Source: a virus
DNA: 64,000 nt
Strand: one strand, 5' to 3'
Virus record (IMG/VR): IMGVR_UViG_3300020048_003650
Span: 40,536-104,535 of that record
This document shows, piece by piece, positions 16,611-25,621 of the stretch (the stretch's first letter is position 1; each line of letters opens with the position of its first letter). The position numbers and the translations under genes were made by a program. The notes under the pieces are model-generated. The model searched no databases, was not told where the DNA came from, and saw nothing but the letters and a program-made list of their open reading frames with translations.

Positions 16611-17816
16611 ATGAGTAGCATATTACATTGTTCCTTCTGTGGAAAACATAAAAACGCCGTTAAAAAATTAATCGTCGGTGACAGTTCAGCAATCTGTAAT
16701 GATTGTATTGAACTGTGCACGGATTTATTACTATCCGATACTGAATTAGATGTTCAGTCTGAATCTAAACGTGTTAGTTTATTTCCAGATGATATCAAAC
16801 GTTTTTTAGACGAATACATTATCGGCCAAGATCGTGCCAAAAAAATAATAAGTGTCGCCGTTGCCAATCACTATAAAAGAATAAACAATAAAAGCGATAA
16901 TATCACTGTTCAGAAAAGTAACGTGTTGATAGTTGGTCCAACCGGTAGCGGAAAAACTCTGCTTGCTAAAACTGTTGCCAAATATCTAGATGTTCCATTT
17001 GTAATAGCAGATGCAACTAGTTTAACCGAGGCTGGTTACGTTGGCGACGATGTAGAAAGTATGATTACTAGATTGTTGGCGGCGGCCGGCGGCGATGTTG
17101 AACGTGCTGAACGAGGAATTGTTTTTATTGACGAAGTTGATAAAATTGCTAGAAAGAGTGAAAGTGCTAGTATTACTAGAGATGTCTCTGGCGAGGGTGT
17201 TCAACAGGCACTACTAAAATTAGTAGAAGGCACTGTGTGTAGAATATCACAAGACGGTAAAAGAAAAAATCCCAGTCAATCAATGATAGAAATAGATACT
17301 ACTAATATCTTGTTTATCGCTGGTGGTGCATTTGTCGGATTAAGACAGTTAGTAGAAAATAGAGTCAGCGGAAATAGTATTGGATTTTCTGCATCAGTTG
17401 CAAATAAAGATAACAACATTGAGTATCTTGATCAATTGATGCCGGACGATCTTACTAAGTTCGGTATGATACCAGAATTTACTGGCAGATTTACCAGCAT
17501 TGTTAATATTACTGAACTAGATAAAGAGCAGTTAATACGAATCCTTACCGATGTTAAAAGTAACTTTATAGATCAATACACTTATCTATTTGGACTAGAT
17601 GATATCGAATTACGTTTTGAAGCGGAGGCTATTGAAAAAATCGCAGAAAATTGTCTTAGATTAAAAACTGGCGCAAGGGGTCTACATAATGAAATGGAAC
17701 GAGTTCTGATGCCTCATATGTATGAGATACAATCTTACATAAAAAACAACACTCGTCTGATAAATATTACCAGTGAACTAGTAGATAGTCCCACAGTATT
17801 ACTGGAGGATAAATGA
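16611..17816 (+). CDS. clpX: ATP-dependent Clp protease ATPase ClpX
   Basis: CSFCGK..CNDC zinc domain, GPTGSGKT, EAGYVGDDVE, FIDEVDK, RDVSGEGVQQALLK, IGF loop, GARGL. Confidence 0.97.
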   Translation: MSSILHCSFCGKHKNAVKKLIVGDSSAICNDCIELCTDLLLSDTELDVQSESKRVSLFPDDIKRFLDEYIIGQDRAKKIISVAVANHYKRINNKSDNITVQKSNVLIVGPTGSGKTLLAKTVAKYLDVPFVIADATSLTEAGYVGDDVESMITRLLAAAGGDVERAERGIVFIDEVDKIARKSESASITRDVSGEGVQQALLKLVEGTVCRISQDGKRKNPSQSMIEIDTTNILFIAGGAFVGLRQLVENRVSGNSIGFSASVANKDNNIEYLDQLMPDDLTKFGMIPEFTGRFTSIVNITELDKEQLIRILTDVKSNFIDQYTYLFGLDDIELRFEAEAIEKIAENCLRLKTGARGLHNEMERVLMPHMYEIQSYIKNNTRLINITSELVDSPTVLLEDK

Positions 17817-18022
17817 AAGTAATTATCAAAGATGGTCAGTCGTTTGAAAGTGGAATACGTAAATTTAAAAAGAAAATAATTGATAGCGGTCTAATGCAGG
17901 AATTTAGAGACCGTGAGTTCTACGAAAAACCAACTACCGCTAGAAAAGTAGCCAAGGCAAAAGCAAAATCTCGTTGGAAAAAACATTTGCGTAGTCAAGA
18001 ACTACCTAAAAAATTATATTAA
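17813..18022 (+). CDS. rpsU: Ribosomal protein bS21
   Basis: FESGIRKFKKK..REFYEKPTTARK. Confidence 0.9.
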   Translation: MKVIIKDGQSFESGIRKFKKKIIDSGLMQEFRDREFYEKPTTARKVAKAKAKSRWKKHLRSQELPKKLY

Positions 18023-18024
18023 TA

Positions 18025-18597
18025 ATGATAGTCTATATTCATGGAGCCAACGCTACTGGTTCAAGTTTTAATTACTTGCGAGATCATTTAAAATATGATG
18101 ATTTAGTAATTGAATATGACAGTAATAATGGCTTTATGAATAACGTGAATTTAATATCTGATCGATTAAAAGACATTGATGAAATGTTTTTTATAGGTCA
18201 CAGTCTAGGTGGAATTTATGCGCTACATTTATCTGAAATATTCGCTGATAAAATTCTAGGAGCCGTAACTCTAAGCACACCCTATAACGGAGCAGAATGT
18301 GCTGAATATGCTAAACATTTTTGGCCTAGGCATAGACTATTTCGTGATATCGGTCCATCAAGTGAACCTATTAAACGTAGTAAAGAAATATCAATACCTC
18401 ATCCATGGACAAATGTAGTATCTACTAGTGGCTCAAACCCACTAATTATTTACCCTAATGATGGTGTAGTTACAATAAATAGTATGAAGTGCAGAAATGA
18501 TATGACTCTGATAGAAATCCCAGTCAATCATTATGAAGTGGTATTAAGTCCACTTTCGCTAGAAATTATACAAGGAGAATTAAATGGCCTACGGTGA
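18025..18597 (+). CDS. Alpha/beta hydrolase
   Basis: YIHGA, GHSLGG nucleophile elbow, STPY, NDGVV, NH. Confidence 0.85.
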   Translation: MIVYIHGANATGSSFNYLRDHLKYDDLVIEYDSNNGFMNNVNLISDRLKDIDEMFFIGHSLGGIYALHLSEIFADKILGAVTLSTPYNGAECAEYAKHFWPRHRLFRDIGPSSEPIKRSKEISIPHPWTNVVSTSGSNPLIIYPNDGVVTINSMKCRNDMTLIEIPVNHYEVVLSPLSLEIIQGELNGLR

Positions 18598-19984
18598 AAA
18601 AGTTTTGGATCACTATGAAAATCCAAGAAATGTAGGATCATTGGATAAAAATGATCCTGAAGTTGGAACAGGCATGGTTGGTGCACCTGCATGCGGCGAT
18701 GTTATGAAGTTACAGATTAGAGTAGAGAACGACATCATTATTGATGCTAAGTTTAAGACATATGGTTGTTTGACTAGCAATACCATGGTAAATACTCCAA
18801 CAAAATCCAAGAAAATTTCTGATTTAAATGTTGGAGATGAAGTTCTCGCGTGGAACGGCGAAACAATCGTCAATCAAAAAATCAAAGAAATAATTACACA
18901 CAGTGTGCCGGTAGAAGAGTTATTAAAAATAACGTTTCAAAGAGAATCGCACCGTAAAAATATGAGACCAGGTACATTTTCTTTAATCTGCACGAAAGAA
19001 CATGTTTTTTGGAATCATGATAATAAACCAATACTTGCTCAAGATTTAAAAATCAACGATGAGCTGTATGAAATAACAGAATACGAATTGAGAAAATTGA
19101 CCAATGTTCGTCATCGGTCTGAATTAAAAAATAAAAACAGCGAAAGAATGTATGAGTTTAATAAAATTTTTGACCATTCTGTTCTTCCTCAAAACCAAAA
19201 AGGTTACGTACATTCTGAAGAATTTTCTAAGAAAATAAGCGCATCATCTAATAGAAATTGGTCTAATCCTATCTACATAGAGAACTGGAAAAATGGTATG
19301 GCTTCAATCGTCTGGACAAAACCAACAAGCGTAGAACAAAAATACATAGACCTCTTTGAGGAAAATAACGTAGCGGTCAAATGGAGTTCTGGAAAAATAT
19401 GGATTCAAACAGACTGTGGACCAGCCAGCCCAGATTTTATTGTTCCAGGTAAGAAAAAATGTATTGAGGTGTATACAAAGCGTATGCCTAAATTTATGCA
19501 AGATCGTTCCGAAGAATCGGATTATGTATTCAAAAGAACGCAACAATTAGCGTCTGCTGGATACGAAACTTTATTTTTGGCCGTAGAAGATATCGACGAT
19601 TCATTACCTAAGGTCCAGAATTTTGTTCACAACGGGATGAAGATAACAAGTGTTTCCTCAATCGATCACAAAAATATTTTGCGTGGTTGTCAACGTGACG
19701 GGAAAAATGTTATTGTTTATGATTTGAAATTAGAGGATGGTGCCCATGTATTTTTCACGAATAGGGTCGGGTCACATAATTGCGGCAGTGCGATTGCCAG
19801 TTCGTCATTGGTAACTGAGTGGGTCAAGGGCAAAACGCTTGACGAGGCTGGAACAATTCGTAATACAGAAATTGCTCAGGAACTTGCCTTACCACCCGTT
19901 AAAATCCACTGCAGTATTCTGGCGGAGGATGCAATAAAAGCAGCAATAACGGATTACAGAAAGAAACATGATATTGCCAATTAA
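18584..19984 (+). CDS. iscU: Fe-S scaffold IscU interrupted by an intein (128-aa extein)
   Basis: DHYENPRNVG, GAPACGDVMKLQI, FKTYG|...|CGSAIASSS, LPPVKIHCS. Confidence 0.95.
   Translation: MAYGEKVLDHYENPRNVGSLDKNDPEVGTGMVGAPACGDVMKLQIRVENDIIIDAKFKTYGCLTSNTMVNTPTKSKKISDLNVGDEVLAWNGETIVNQKIKEIITHSVPVEELLKITFQRESHRKNMRPGTFSLICTKEHVFWNHDNKPILAQDLKINDELYEITEYELRKLTNVRHRSELKNKNSERMYEFNKIFDHSVLPQNQKGYVHSEEFSKKISASSNRNWSNPIYIENWKNGMASIVWTKPTSVEQKYIDLFEENNVAVKWSSGKIWIQTDCGPASPDFIVPGKKKCIEVYTKRMPKFMQDRSEESDYVFKRTQQLASAGYETLFLAVEDIDDSLPKVQNFVHNGMKITSVSSIDHKNILRGCQRDGKNVIVYDLKLEDGAHVFFTNRVGSHNCGSAIASSSLVTEWVKGKTLDEAGTIRNTEIAQELALPPVKIHCSILAEDAIKAAITDYRKKHDIAN
18767..19780 (+). mobile_element. Intein (338 aa) with a Vsr/DUF559-like endonuclease
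   Basis: Starts CLTSNT, block B CTKEHVF, block F VYDLKLE, ends SHN before Cys+1; internal PTSVE..PDF..IEV..GY. Confidence 0.92.
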
Positions 19985-20459
19985 GGTCTGGCCAGATCCA
20001 ATATTGATGAAGCCGTGTCAGCCGTGGGACTTCGAAGACCCGCCGTTAGTAGTAAATTTTTTAATGGCAGATATGATTGAAACAATGGCAAAAAGCGGTG
20101 GCATTGGACTGGCTGCAAATCAAGTTGGAATTTCATATCGTGTAATTGCCATGCATGTACAGGAAACTGGAGAGTACATCACTCTATTCAATCCTGAAAT
20201 TGTATCCGTGAGTGAACTACAGTACATAGCAATGGAAGGTTGTTTAAGTTTTCCCAAAGTTATGCTAGACATATCTAGACCAAAAACAGTTGAGATTCGG
20301 TATGTTGATCATTTTGAACGAGAATATACAAGAACGTTCTCGGATATTGATGCTAAGTGTGTACTACACGAAATTGACCATTTAGACGGGAAAACATTTA
20401 AAGAGTATGTTAGTCCACTTAAATTTAGTAGAGCCATAGAAAAAGGAAGAAAACGATGA
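19968..20459 (+). CDS. def: Peptide deformylase
   Basis: GIGLAANQVG, EGCLS, HEIDHLDG. Confidence 0.96.
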   Translation: MILPIKVWPDPILMKPCQPWDFEDPPLVVNFLMADMIETMAKSGGIGLAANQVGISYRVIAMHVQETGEYITLFNPEIVSVSELQYIAMEGCLSFPKVMLDISRPKTVEIRYVDHFEREYTRTFSDIDAKCVLHEIDHLDGKTFKEYVSPLKFSRAIEKGRKR

Positions 20460-20782
20460 TTACAGTAACTGAACTAGCATCAACGAAAATTAAATCGTTA
20501 TTAGAAAAACGAGGCGGTGGTTTAGGCATCCGTATTGGAGTCAGAACAACCGGCTGTAGTGGATTGGCATACACACTAGAATATGTCGATGTTGCACCGG
20601 TGACACGTGATCAATTTGTCTATGAAAGTAATGATGTAAAAGTATGGGTTGACGGTAAAAGTTTAGTTTATCTTGATAATATGACCGTTGATTGGCGTCG
20701 CCAGGGTTTAAATGAGGGGTTTGACTTTATTAATTCCAAGGAAGCGGCCCGTTGTGGGTGCGGCGAAAGTTTTACAGTCTAA
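20456..20782 (+). CDS. iscA: A-type Fe-S carrier IscA
   Basis: TTGCSGLAY, CGCGESF. Confidence 0.93.
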   Translation: MITVTELASTKIKSLLEKRGGGLGIRIGVRTTGCSGLAYTLEYVDVAPVTRDQFVYESNDVKVWVDGKSLVYLDNMTVDWRRQGLNEGFDFINSKEAARCGCGESFTV

Positions 20783-20834
20783 TTCATCCAAATAATATTG
20801 ACATATTTAACCCAATGTAGTATCATAAATACAT

Positions 20835-20892
20835 ATACAGATGCCGATGGTCGGGTCTGTATTAAAATTCTTGCTTAATAGGAGAAAATATC
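20835..20892 (+). promoter_or_regulatory. ROSE-like RNA thermometer in the hsp20 5' UTR
   Basis: Hairpin ATACAGAT..GTCTGTAT, then TTCTTGCT-TAAT-AGGAGAA in which UUGCU pairs with the SD. Confidence 0.7.
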
Positions 20893-21339
20893 ATGACAAG
20901 AACTCTTTCACTTCGTACCTCAGATTTACATCCCACACTACATAAATTCGGAATTGGCTTTGAAGACATGCTTGATAACATTCTACGCACTGGCGCAAAC
21001 CAAGCAGTTGGATATCCTCCGTATAATATTGTTAAACAAACAGATGAAAAATATTACATTGAGATTGCTACTGCCGGATTCACAGAGGGAGAAGTATCAA
21101 TCGAATTGAACAATCAAGTACTGACTGTTCGAGGAGAAAAACAAGATAGTGGTGACGCAGAGCCTGAATATCTACATCGTGGAATCAGTAGCAGAAGTTT
21201 TGAGCGTGTCTACACATTAGCAGAACACGTTGAGATTATTGACGCTACTAATCGAGATGGCATCTTAACTATCTTCTTGGAGCGAATTGTTCCTGAAGAA
21301 AAACGTCCAAAAACTATTGACATTAAGTATTTAAAATAG
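20893..21339 (+). CDS. Small heat-shock protein (Hsp20/IbpA-like)
   Basis: IGFED, YPPYNI, YLHRGISSRSFER, DGILTI, PEEKRPKTIDI. Confidence 0.95.
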   Translation: MTRTLSLRTSDLHPTLHKFGIGFEDMLDNILRTGANQAVGYPPYNIVKQTDEKYYIEIATAGFTEGEVSIELNNQVLTVRGEKQDSGDAEPEYLHRGISSRSFERVYTLAEHVEIIDATNRDGILTIFLERIVPEEKRPKTIDIKYLK

Positions 21340-21401
21340 TATAATAGTTACTTAAAATGATGGCGACGTCGGTCGCCATCAAACAATACAAGGGAATAAA
21401 A

Positions 21402-21707
21402 ATGTCTAAAGTAGAAGTTGGCACAAAAATTAAACCAAACACCAGAATTGCAGAACCTTCACTTTATCGAGTATTTTACATTAATGATGATGTTACTACT
21501 ATGAACTTTGTCGTGACTTCGTTAGTTCAATACTTTAATCACACAGAAGAATCTGCCATTGAAATGACTGAAACTATTCATAACAATGGTAGCGCCGTTG
21601 TGGCTATTTTACCATATGAAATTGCCGAACAGAAAGGGGTAGAAGTTACATTGGAAGCCAGAAAAAATGGATATCCTCTACAAGTTAAAATTGAGCCAGA
21701 GTCCTAA
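21402..21707 (+). CDS. clpS: N-degron adaptor ClpS
   Basis: PSLYRVFYINDDVTTMNFVV..IHNNGSA..YEIAEQK..YPL; promoter 21317-21345 and hairpin 21358-21381 upstream. Confidence 0.92.
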   Translation: MSKVEVGTKIKPNTRIAEPSLYRVFYINDDVTTMNFVVTSLVQYFNHTEESAIEMTETIHNNGSAVVAILPYEIAEQKGVEVTLEARKNGYPLQVKIEPES

Positions 21708-22402
21708 ATCTCTACACGTTTTGGCCAATATGGAATACTGATATCTCTGGGGTTATTTAAAAAGTGTATTCTATCAATTTTAATATCCACGGTGATGTCA
21801 TTAGTTCCAAATAACCAAGCAAGTATCTTTTGATTCGTGTCAAACATCAGACTCATTGCTAAATTCATAGGATCTTCAAAGTGAGATGTTGAATTTTTAA
21901 AAGCCAGATATTCACTAGGCATACTATTACTAATTACTAATATTTTTTCAACATCTTGTTGAGTTTGCAATTTTTTAATCGTAGAAGACAAATAAGAAAC
22001 ATCATCAATTTTAAGTTGCTGAACAGTATGAATATCTTCCAAATCAAAGATATCACGTTTATTTCCAAACCAACCATTACAGCCTACAATAGCAACATCA
22101 TTTATTATAATTGCATGATTGTGCAGATATATTACATTTGATAACTTATTACATATTTCTTTTATATCTGATATTCTTTGTTCATAATTATGTATGTTAG
22201 AATGCTCTATTGCGCCATCAATGTAAAAAACACCTCGATAAACTTCGTCGAGATGTTCTAGTACACGCTGAACTACAAATAAATCATCGCTAATGTTTCC
22301 GGCAATCGCACAAAATAAACTAGTTGGCTTACCAGTCCAATCAAACATATCAGTATCTGATAAATTTAAATCACTGATGAGATCAATCGAAAATGGTGCC
22401 AT
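21704..22402 (-). CDS. Degenerate calcineurin-like metallophosphoesterase
   Basis: ISDLN, AGNI, DGAIEH and NNPR align with SDLH, GDI, GNHE and CNPR of 40956..41867, but metal ligands are altered. Confidence 0.6.
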   Translation of the reverse strand: MAPFSIDLISDLNLSDTDMFDWTGKPTSLFCAIAGNISDDLFVVQRVLEHLDEVYRGVFYIDGAIEHSNIHNYEQRISDIKEICNKLSNVIYLHNHAIIINDVAIVGCNGWFGNKRDIFDLEDIHTVQQLKIDDVSYLSSTIKKLQTQQDVEKILVISNSMPSEYLAFKNSTSHFEDPMNLAMSLMFDTNQKILAWLFGTNDITVDIKIDRIHFLNNPRDISIPYWPKRVEI

Positions 22403-22408
22403 TATTTT

Positions 22409-22804
22409 TTATTTTGTTGGTGTCGGTGTTGGCTTTGGCTGTCTCCTTGGAGTAGGCTTTTTAACACTAGTAGAAGGTGAATTAGTTTTCGGTTCAACCG
22501 TTGTTTTTGGTTTTGGTCTGGCTCGTGGCTTTCGACCTCGAGTTTGTTTTCCACCAGTTTCAACTTTTAATTCCGGAACCTTATTTTCAACAACAGTTTC
22601 AGATTTAACCGTAGCCACTAGCGGCACGTTATCTGATTGACTGCTATTAGTTACTACTGGGGGCTCTACTTTGTACGGTGCTTCAAAATCCGCTGCTTTA
22701 TTGGAATTATCAGAATCTTGCTTTTTGGATGCAAAAAACACATGATAAGCTGCCCATACCAATGCTACACCAATTAATACAAATACGACGACTTCTAAGT
22801 TCAT
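22409..22804 (-). CDS. Membrane-anchored protein with basic P/K-rich tail
   Basis: N-terminal TM helix, APYKVEPP, low-complexity C-terminus. Confidence 0.7.
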   Translation of the reverse strand: MNLEVVVFVLIGVALVWAAYHVFFASKKQDSDNSNKAADFEAPYKVEPPVVTNSSQSDNVPLVATVKSETVVENKVPELKVETGGKQTRGRKPRARPKPKTTVEPKTNSPSTSVKKPTPRRQPKPTPTPTK

Positions 22805-22902
22805 TAAAATTCTCCTAAAATTTTATTTATTATCCAATATTATTGACATAACACTTTTTATGATATATAATACAAGAGTAAAATATTTATCAAGGATATT
22901 CA

Positions 22903-23517
22903 ATGACAAAAGATAATATTTCTGTTGAATCACAGGACGGTGAGCCTGGTGATTTTCTAAGAAAATATGGAATTTATGTATTCATGGATGAGGTCACCAA
23001 TGAAACCATCAAGCCAGTAATAGAATGGATACTACACGAGAATTATGTGGTAAAGAATAAAAAGAAAGAATTACTATTAATGATCTGTAGTGACGGCGGC
23101 GAATTAAGTAGCGCATTTGCACTAATTGATACAATGAGATCTAGTCATATTCCAATTAAAACAGTTGGACTTGGATTGATTGCCAGTAGTGGGTTGTTGA
23201 TTTTTATCAGCGGCGCAAAGGGTAGAAGAATTTTAACTCCCAACACCAGTATCTTAAGTCATCAATTTTCTGCAGGTTCAGAAGGAAAATCTCATGAACT
23301 ATTTGCCACTGTTCGAGAGTTTGAATTAATTAACAAGCGTTTGATAGAACACTATCGTTTATGCACAGGTCTAGATACTGATACTATCACGGCAAGATTA
23401 TTGCCGGCACAAGATGTGTGGTTAGATCACGAATCTGCTCTGGAACTTAATATCTGCGATAGTGTCAGTGATTGGGATCCGCCTGCCAATAGAACCAGAA
23501 AACCCAAAATCTCTTGA
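22903..23517 (+). CDS. Divergent ClpP-like protease
   Basis: ICSDGG, GLIASSG (Ser), LSHQ (His), DVWL (Asp). Confidence 0.88.
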   Translation: MTKDNISVESQDGEPGDFLRKYGIYVFMDEVTNETIKPVIEWILHENYVVKNKKKELLLMICSDGGELSSAFALIDTMRSSHIPIKTVGLGLIASSGLLIFISGAKGRRILTPNTSILSHQFSAGSEGKSHELFATVREFELINKRLIEHYRLCTGLDTDTITARLLPAQDVWLDHESALELNICDSVSDWDPPANRTRKPKIS

Positions 23518-23572
23518 TTTATATTAAAGATTGTAGTATAATCATTACTAACAACGTCAAAAGGAAAACATA

Positions 23573-24157
23573 ATGGCTTCATTAGTACCAATGGTAGTTG
23601 AGCAAACAAGTAAGGGCGAACGTGCCATGGACATCTATTCTCGTCTACTTAAAGATCGAGTAATTATGTTAGACACGGATGTAAATGAAACCAGCGCCAG
23701 TTTAATTGTGGCACAGTTGCTATTTTTAGAATCAGAAGATTCAGATAGTGATATCAACTTCTATATCAATAGTCCTGGTGGCTCGGTAATTGCCGGCTTG
23801 AGTATCTTAGATACCATGAGATTTATTAAGTGTGATGTGTCAACTATTGTCATGGGACAAGCTGCTAGTATGGGGTCATTGTTGGCAAGTAGCGGCACTC
23901 CTGGCAAGCGACTGATGTTGCCTAGCGCTAGACATATGATTCATCAAGTATCTAGTGGTACTCGTGGCACGGCGATTGATATGAAAATCGCACTTGAAGA
24001 AACACTTAAGCTGAATGAATATTTAACACGTATCTATGTAGAGAACACTGGCAAGACATATGAACAACTTGAACAGGACATGAGTCGTGATAAGTTTATG
24101 TCAGCACAGGAGTCGGTTGAATACGGTCTAGTGGATCGAATTATCGTCAAGAGATAA
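23573..24157 (+). CDS. clpP: ClpP protease, canonical type
   Basis: [42 protein letters not shown]. Confidence 0.97.
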   Translation: MASLVPMVVEQTSKGERAMDIYSRLLKDRVIMLDTDVNETSASLIVAQLLFLESEDSDSDINFYINSPGGSVIAGLSILDTMRFIKCDVSTIVMGQAASMGSLLASSGTPGKRLMLPSARHMIHQVSSGTRGTAIDMKIALEETLKLNEYLTRIYVENTGKTYEQLEQDMSRDKFMSAQESVEYGLVDRIIVKR

Positions 24158-24169
24158 ATTAGCGTAGAA

Positions 24170-24448
24170 ATGAAATCACTAACCGTGTCCGAAAGATTAG
24201 AATTAAGTAAACTTATAGACGAGATAGCGCATAATTTATCTCAGATGAGGGACGAAAAACTAATTGTTAGTGAGCAGCAAAATGGAAACTACTATATCGT
24301 GTTCTTATCCAGTTACGATTTTTGGACTGAACATTATGATGAACTATGTGAATGGTCTCAGCAGTATTCTGGAATTAAAGTTCTGGGAATGACGGTTCAG
24401 ATAGATTCTGAGGAATTGTTAACAGTGTTTTTATTAAAATGGAATTAG
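24170..24448 (+). CDS. FxL[KR]W-family small protein
   Basis: Ends VFLLKWN. Confidence 0.75.
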   Translation: MKSLTVSERLELSKLIDEIAHNLSQMRDEKLIVSEQQNGNYYIVFLSSYDFWTEHYDELCEWSQQYSGIKVLGMTVQIDSEELLTVFLLKWN

Positions 24449-24711
24449 AATCTATAAAAACATATTGTCATAAATTAATGAAAAATCATGGTTCATCAGA
24501 CTCCTCCATTCCAATTAGATGGAATGATGAATTACAACAAGCAGGCTATTATTCGTGTAATCTGAGCGTGATAGATTCAACAACTAGATGGCAACAGGCT
24601 CATGCATGGTGTGATCTCAACATAGGAGAACAACATTATGTATGGACTGGTTCTAAATTTTGGTTCGATCGCTCGGACAATCTTGTTATGTTTTCATTAA
24701 AATGGGGTTAA
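24439..24711 (+). CDS. FxL[KR]W-family small protein
   Basis: AWC motif; ends MFSLKWG. Confidence 0.75.
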   Translation: MELESIKTYCHKLMKNHGSSDSSIPIRWNDELQQAGYYSCNLSVIDSTTRWQQAHAWCDLNIGEQHYVWTGSKFWFDRSDNLVMFSLKWG

Positions 24712-24712
24712 C

Positions 24713-24988
24713 ATGAACGACAATGAACTAGATGGTTACTATCAAGACCGAGATTCCAGATTAAATACAATATTGGCAGCAGATAGTGAGTTATGGATAA
24801 AAATAACCCGTAGCAAGGATGATTTTGCAAAATCATTGGCAGAAGGCGATGTATGGTCAATGGAGAAATTTTCTAGATGGCTAATAGATAATTATGGAAT
24901 CAAATTATCATTTAGCGATGGCGTAATTGATTTGAAAGTAGAGATCATAGACGAACATAAATTAACTATCTTTTTATTAAAATACTAA
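24713..24988 (+). CDS. FxL[KR]W-family small protein
   Basis: RWL motif; ends IFLLKY. Confidence 0.7.
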   Translation: MNDNELDGYYQDRDSRLNTILAADSELWIKITRSKDDFAKSLAEGDVWSMEKFSRWLIDNYGIKLSFSDGVIDLKVEIIDEHKLTIFLLKY

Positions 24989-24989
24989 T

Positions 24990-25217
24990 ATGGAACTTCC
25001 GGTAATATATTTTAGCGGTGACACAGATAGTAAAATTATTGTTGTTGATGACAGCATAGATAGTTACGTAATATTGAATGGCACACTATTATCTAGTTTG
25101 GAACTTGCGGAGATAAAAAAATGGTGTGTCAACACTGAGAGTATTTACTACGCATGTGGAATAGTTAAATTTGATAATCCTATCAGATTATATGAATTTG
25201 TGTTGACTTGGGGATAA
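24990..25217 (+). CDS. FxL[KR]W-family small protein
   Basis: KWC motif; ends EFVLTWG. Confidence 0.7.
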   Translation: MELPVIYFSGDTDSKIIVVDDSIDSYVILNGTLLSSLELAEIKKWCVNTESIYYACGIVKFDNPIRLYEFVLTWG

Positions 25218-25219
25218 CT

Positions 25220-25555
25220 ATGGCACTTCAACAACACATGGATGAACAACTGCAAATCAGGGACTTAGCATTACGATTGTATCGAGCCTCTGATAGAATT
25301 GACACTGGTCCCGGGTCTAATAAAACAGTAATAGATATTATTGAAGTTGAGTGGCTCAATATAGAACATTGGGGGAAAACAATTGCTGACTGGTTCAAAC
25401 AAGAAAATGAAAAATTCGAGTGGGCATTAAGGCATTCGAACAGACCTATAGAAATTATATCATCGATTGATGCTGCGGAACTTGTAAAAAAATATGCTTT
25501 AATTGCATATCTGTCAGATAGATCACTAACCGAATGGGTATTACGATTTAAATAA
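25220..25555 (+). CDS. FxL[KR]W-family-like protein
   Basis: Ends EWVLRFK. Confidence 0.6.
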   Translation: MALQQHMDEQLQIRDLALRLYRASDRIDTGPGSNKTVIDIIEVEWLNIEHWGKTIADWFKQENEKFEWALRHSNRPIEIISSIDAAELVKKYALIAYLSDRSLTEWVLRFK

Positions 25556-25621
25556 TATTTGACAATAAATCACCAGTATGATACAATATGTAATATTAAA
25601 AATGGCAACATTGGAGAAGAT

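Noticed and set aside
16611-24157. Bacterial chromosome or host contamination
   Set aside because: Gene order is unlike bacterial clpPX or isc operons, and the genes overlap phage-type ORFs and share the phage promoter motifs
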